From: a candidate division FCPU426 bacterium
GTDB taxonomy: Bacteria; Oederibacteriota; JAAXVQ01; JAUVAV01
Reading direction: 5' to 3'
Assembly (NCBI GenBank): GCA_040756875.1
Contig: JBFLYH010000001.1
Location: 352,001 to 416,000 of the forward strand
Length of the DNA: 64,000 nucleotides
This document shows positions 60,944 to 64,000 of the stretch, piece after piece (positions within the stretch are counted from its first letter, which is position 1; the number at the start of each line of letters is the position of its first letter). The position numbers and the translations under genes were made by a program. Under the pieces are notes generated by a model. That model was not told the origin of the DNA. It saw only the letters and a program-made list of their open reading frames with translations, and did no database searches.

Positions 60944-61278
60944 CCCTGCGGAAAGATTATCCCCTTCGCAGAACACCCCGCGCATGCGCGGGGATGAATG
61001 CGGGATATTCTGCTTCGGGGATGTCGTCCTGCCATTACAATACCGGCGAGGTCAGAGGTGGTACCCCGGGCATGCCCGGGGGGCTCCATCACCACCAAGG
61101 CATGAAGAAGTATCAAGCGATTTCGGGTTAAAGGTCCAATACCTGCATTTTCCTTCGCTTTTCTTCGTGGCTTCGTGGTGAAAGTTGTTGGTGGTTCTAT
61201 TTTTTTTAGGCTATGGGCTTGATTTTGAAAGCACCTGTGTTATAGTATCAGGAATTTTGGACTGAATGGGCCTGGTGC

Positions 61279-62364
61279 ATGAAACCTACACGCGAAGCAT
61301 TGCTGGTTTTGGAGGATGGACGCGCTTTCCGGGGCCGCGCTTTCGGGGCGGAGGGGGAAATCGCGGCAGAAGTCGTTTTCAATACCGCCATGGCGGGTTA
61401 CCAGGAAGTGCTGACCGATCCTTCCTACCGCGGCCAGATCGTCTGCATGACTTATCCCCACATCGGGAACTACGGGACCAATGCCGAGGACATGGAGTCC
61501 GACCGCATCCAGGTGGCCGGGTTCGTAGTGCGGGACTTGTGCCGCTGGCCCTCCAATTTCCGCAGCCAGAAGGCGCTGGAACCCTGGCTTGCCAGCCAGG
61601 GCATTTTGGGCATCGAGGGCATCGATACCCGCGCGCTCACCCGGCACATCCGCGAAGCCGGCAGCATGAACGGCGTGCTCTCCACCCGCGGCGAGTCCGT
61701 GGCAAGCCTGAAGCAAAAAGCTCAGGCCGCGCCGCACATGGCCGGCCTGGACCTGGTTTCCGGCGTCACCTGCAGCGAACCCTATTGGTTTAACAACGAA
61801 GCCGGAACCCGCTTTCGGGTGACGGTCATGGATTGCGGCGCCAAGGCGAACATCTGCCGCGAACTGGCCCGGCGCGGGTGCGCGGTGCGGGTGGTGCCTT
61901 CGACCGCCTCGGCCGCGGAAGTGCTCGCGGACCGGCCGGACGGCATCATGCTCTCCAACGGCCCGGGCGATCCGGCGGCCCTGCCCGGCGTGGTGGCGAC
62001 CGTGCGCGAATTGATCGGCAAGCTGCCGGTCTTCGGCATCTGCCTGGGGCACCAGCTCCTGGGGCTGGCGTTCGGCGGCCGGACCACCAAGCTCAAGTTC
62101 GGCCACCGCGGGGTCAACCATCCGGTGAAGGAATTGGCCACGGGTAAAATCAGCATCACCTCCCAAAACCACGGCTTCTGCGTGGTGGCGGACAGCCTGC
62201 CGGCCGAGGTGGAAGTGACGCATGTCAATATGAACGACCAAACCGTGGAAGGCCTGCAGCATAAAACCCTGCCCGTGTTCTGCGTGCAGTACCACCCCGA
62301 GGCCGCGCCCGGACCGCACGACGCGCACGACCTGTTTGATAAGTTTATTGGATTGTTGAAGTAG
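61279..62364 (+). CDS. carA: Carbamoyl-phosphate synthase small subunit
   Basis: [31 protein letters not shown] and [10 protein letters not shown] motifs. Confidence 0.98.
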   Translation: MKPTREALLVLEDGRAFRGRAFGAEGEIAAEVVFNTAMAGYQEVLTDPSYRGQIVCMTYPHIGNYGTNAEDMESDRIQVAGFVVRDLCRWPSNFRSQKALEPWLASQGILGIEGIDTRALTRHIREAGSMNGVLSTRGESVASLKQKAQAAPHMAGLDLVSGVTCSEPYWFNNEAGTRFRVTVMDCGAKANICRELARRGCAVRVVPSTASAAEVLADRPDGIMLSNGPGDPAALPGVVATVRELIGKLPVFGICLGHQLLGLAFGGRTTKLKFGHRGVNHPVKELATGKISITSQNHGFCVVADSLPAEVEVTHVNMNDQTVEGLQHKTLPVFCVQYHPEAAPGPHDAHDLFDKFIGLLK

Positions 62365-62408
62365 ACTCGTCAGACCTGTCCGACTGGTCTGACAAGTCCG
62401 ACCTGTCA
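62364..62408. repeat. 5x tandem 9-bp GACNNGTCN repeat
   Basis: gactcgtca gacctgtcc gactggtct gacaagtcc gacctgtca. Confidence 0.85.
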
Positions 62409-62423
62409 AAAGAAAGGCTTTTA

Positions 62424-64000
62424 ATGCCCAAGCGTACGGACATCAAGAAAATCCTGATCATCGGCTCCGGCCCGATCGTCATCGGGCAGGCGTGCGAGTT
62501 CGACTACTCCGGCACCCAGGCCTGCAAGGCGCTCAAGGCCGAAGGGTACCAGATCGTGCTCATCAACTCCAACCCCGCCACCATCATGACCGATCCGGAG
62601 ATGGCGGACCGCACCTACGTCGAACCCATCAACCCCGACGTGCTGGAACGCATCATCGCCCGGGAGCGGCCGGACGCGGTGCTGCCCACGCTGGGCGGCC
62701 AGACCGGGCTTAACACCGCGGTCGAGGCCTACAACCGCGGCGTGTTCCAAAAATACGACGTGCAGATGATCGGCCTGAACGTCGAGGCCATCCACCGCGG
62801 CGAGGACCGCGAAAAGTTCAAGCAGGTGATCCTGGGCCTGGGCCTGGACCTGCCCCGCAGCGGACTGGCGCGCAGCCTGGACGAGGCGCTGGCCGTGGCC
62901 CGCTCCATCGGCTACCCGGTGATCGTGCGGCCGGCGTTCACGCTCGGCGGCACGGGCGGGGGCGTGGCCGCGACCGAGGAGGAGTTCCGCCGGATCGCGG
63001 ACCTGGGCCTGCACAACAGCCTGATCCACGAGATCCTGATCGAGGAATCGGTGGTGGGCTGGAAGGAATTCGAGCTTGAGGTCATGCGCGACCGTAAGGA
63101 CAACGTGGTCATCATCTGTTCCATCGAAAACCTCGACCCCATGGGCGTGCACACCGGCGACAGCGTCACCGTGGCGCCGATCCAGACGCTCACGGACCCG
63201 GAATACCAGCGCATGCGCAACGCGGCCATCGCCATCATCCGCGCCATCGGCGTGGAGACCGGCGGGTCCAACATCCAGTTCGCCGTGAACCCCAAGGACG
63301 GCCGCCTGGTCGTGATTGAAATGAACCCCCGCGTGTCCCGCTCCTCGGCCCTGGCCAGCAAAGCCACGGGGTTCCCGATCGCCAAGATCGCGGCCCTGCT
63401 CGCTGTGGGCTACACCCTGGACGAAATCCCCAACGACATCACCAAAAAGACCATGGCCTGCTTCGAGCCCACCATCGATTACTGCGTGGTCAAGATCCCG
63501 CGCTTTGCCTTCGAAAAGTTCCCGGGCGCAGACCCCAAGCTGGGCGTGTCCATGAAATCCGTGGGCGAGACCATGGCCATCGGCCGCACCTTCCGCGAAG
63601 CCCTGCAAAAAGGCCTGCGCAGCCTGGAAATCAGCCGCGCGGGCTACGAGGACTACCCCAAAATCGGCACCAACCTCTCGCGCGAAACCCTGCGCGAACG
63701 CCTGGTTTCGCCGCACGCGGAGCGCCTGTTTACCCTGCGCGAGGCGTTCAAGCAGGGCATGGAAATTCCCGAGCTGTACGCCCTGACCGGCATTGATCCC
63801 TGGTTCCTGGAGCATTTGCGCGAGATCGTGGCCCTGGACCTGGCCGAAGCCGGGGCCGGGCACACCCTGGAGGCGCTCGACGCGTCCTGGTTCCGCCGGA
63901 TCAAGCAGGAGGGCTTCAGCGACGCCCAGATCGCCCGCTGGTGCGGAAGCACCGAGCTGGAGGTGCGCCGGCGGCGCAAGGCCCTGGGCGTGATCCCGGT
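62424..64000 (+). CDS. carB: Carbamoyl-phosphate synthase large subunit (truncated by window end)
   Basis: Own translation: [38 protein letters not shown]...[18 protein letters not shown]. Confidence 0.98.
   Translation, partial: MPKRTDIKKILIIGSGPIVIGQACEFDYSGTQACKALKAEGYQIVLINSNPATIMTDPEMADRTYVEPINPDVLERIIARERPDAVLPTLGGQTGLNTAVEAYNRGVFQKYDVQMIGLNVEAIHRGEDREKFKQVILGLGLDLPRSGLARSLDEALAVARSIGYPVIVRPAFTLGGTGGGVAATEEEFRRIADLGLHNSLIHEILIEESVVGWKEFELEVMRDRKDNVVIICSIENLDPMGVHTGDSVTVAPIQTLTDPEYQRMRNAAIAIIRAIGVETGGSNIQFAVNPKDGRLVVIEMNPRVSRSSALASKATGFPIAKIAALLAVGYTLDEIPNDITKKTMACFEPTIDYCVVKIPRFAFEKFPGADPKLGVSMKSVGETMAIGRTFREALQKGLRSLEISRAGYEDYPKIGTNLSRETLRERLVSPHAERLFTLREAFKQGMEIPELYALTGIDPWFLEHLREIVALDLAEAGAGHTLEALDASWFRRIKQEGFSDAQIARWCGSTELEVRRRRKALGVIP

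Noticed and set aside
23597-60985. Many long antisense and alternate-frame ORFs over the giant gene (e.g. 27572-30634, 42263-45649, 56015-58342)
   Set aside because: Shadow ORFs typical of high-GC coding DNA. They have no motifs, whereas the + frame has coherent repeated domains.
60955-61085. Resemblance of ccccgcgcatgcgcggggatgaa to type I-E CRISPR repeats
   Set aside because: Only two non-identical palindromes 88 bp apart, with no regular spacers and no cas genes.

Overview
GC-rich bacterial chromosomal window with no CRISPR array, rRNA or intact mobile element. Positions 1-23.3 kb hold: fapR-fabH (partial); an AT-rich islet around tRNA-Asn(GTT) with several tRNA fragments and related hairpin inserts; peroxiredoxin, ferritin, treZ, a GH57 gene, an M48 peptidase, a GNAT and an ion transporter; and a nitrogen-assimilation cluster. 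That cluster has duplicated amtB-P(II) units, a divergent NifA-like GAF-AAA+-HTH activator, glnA, an ACT-extended glnE, two exact sigma54 -24/-12 promoters and a TGT-N10-ACA enhancer. The window is dominated by one uninterrupted ~37.5 kb ORF (~12,500 aa). It encodes a signal peptide, a ChaN/TraB-like N-terminal domain and FIVE tandem domains whose ordered motifs match the Legionella SidJ pseudokinase/glutamylase family. It also carries repeated CPBP-like membrane modules, duplicated HTH modules, a 4x ~114-aa repeat, a GNAT domain and two SAM-methyltransferase-like domains. carA and a truncated carB close the window. All family calls come from motif recognition by eye, not from database searches.
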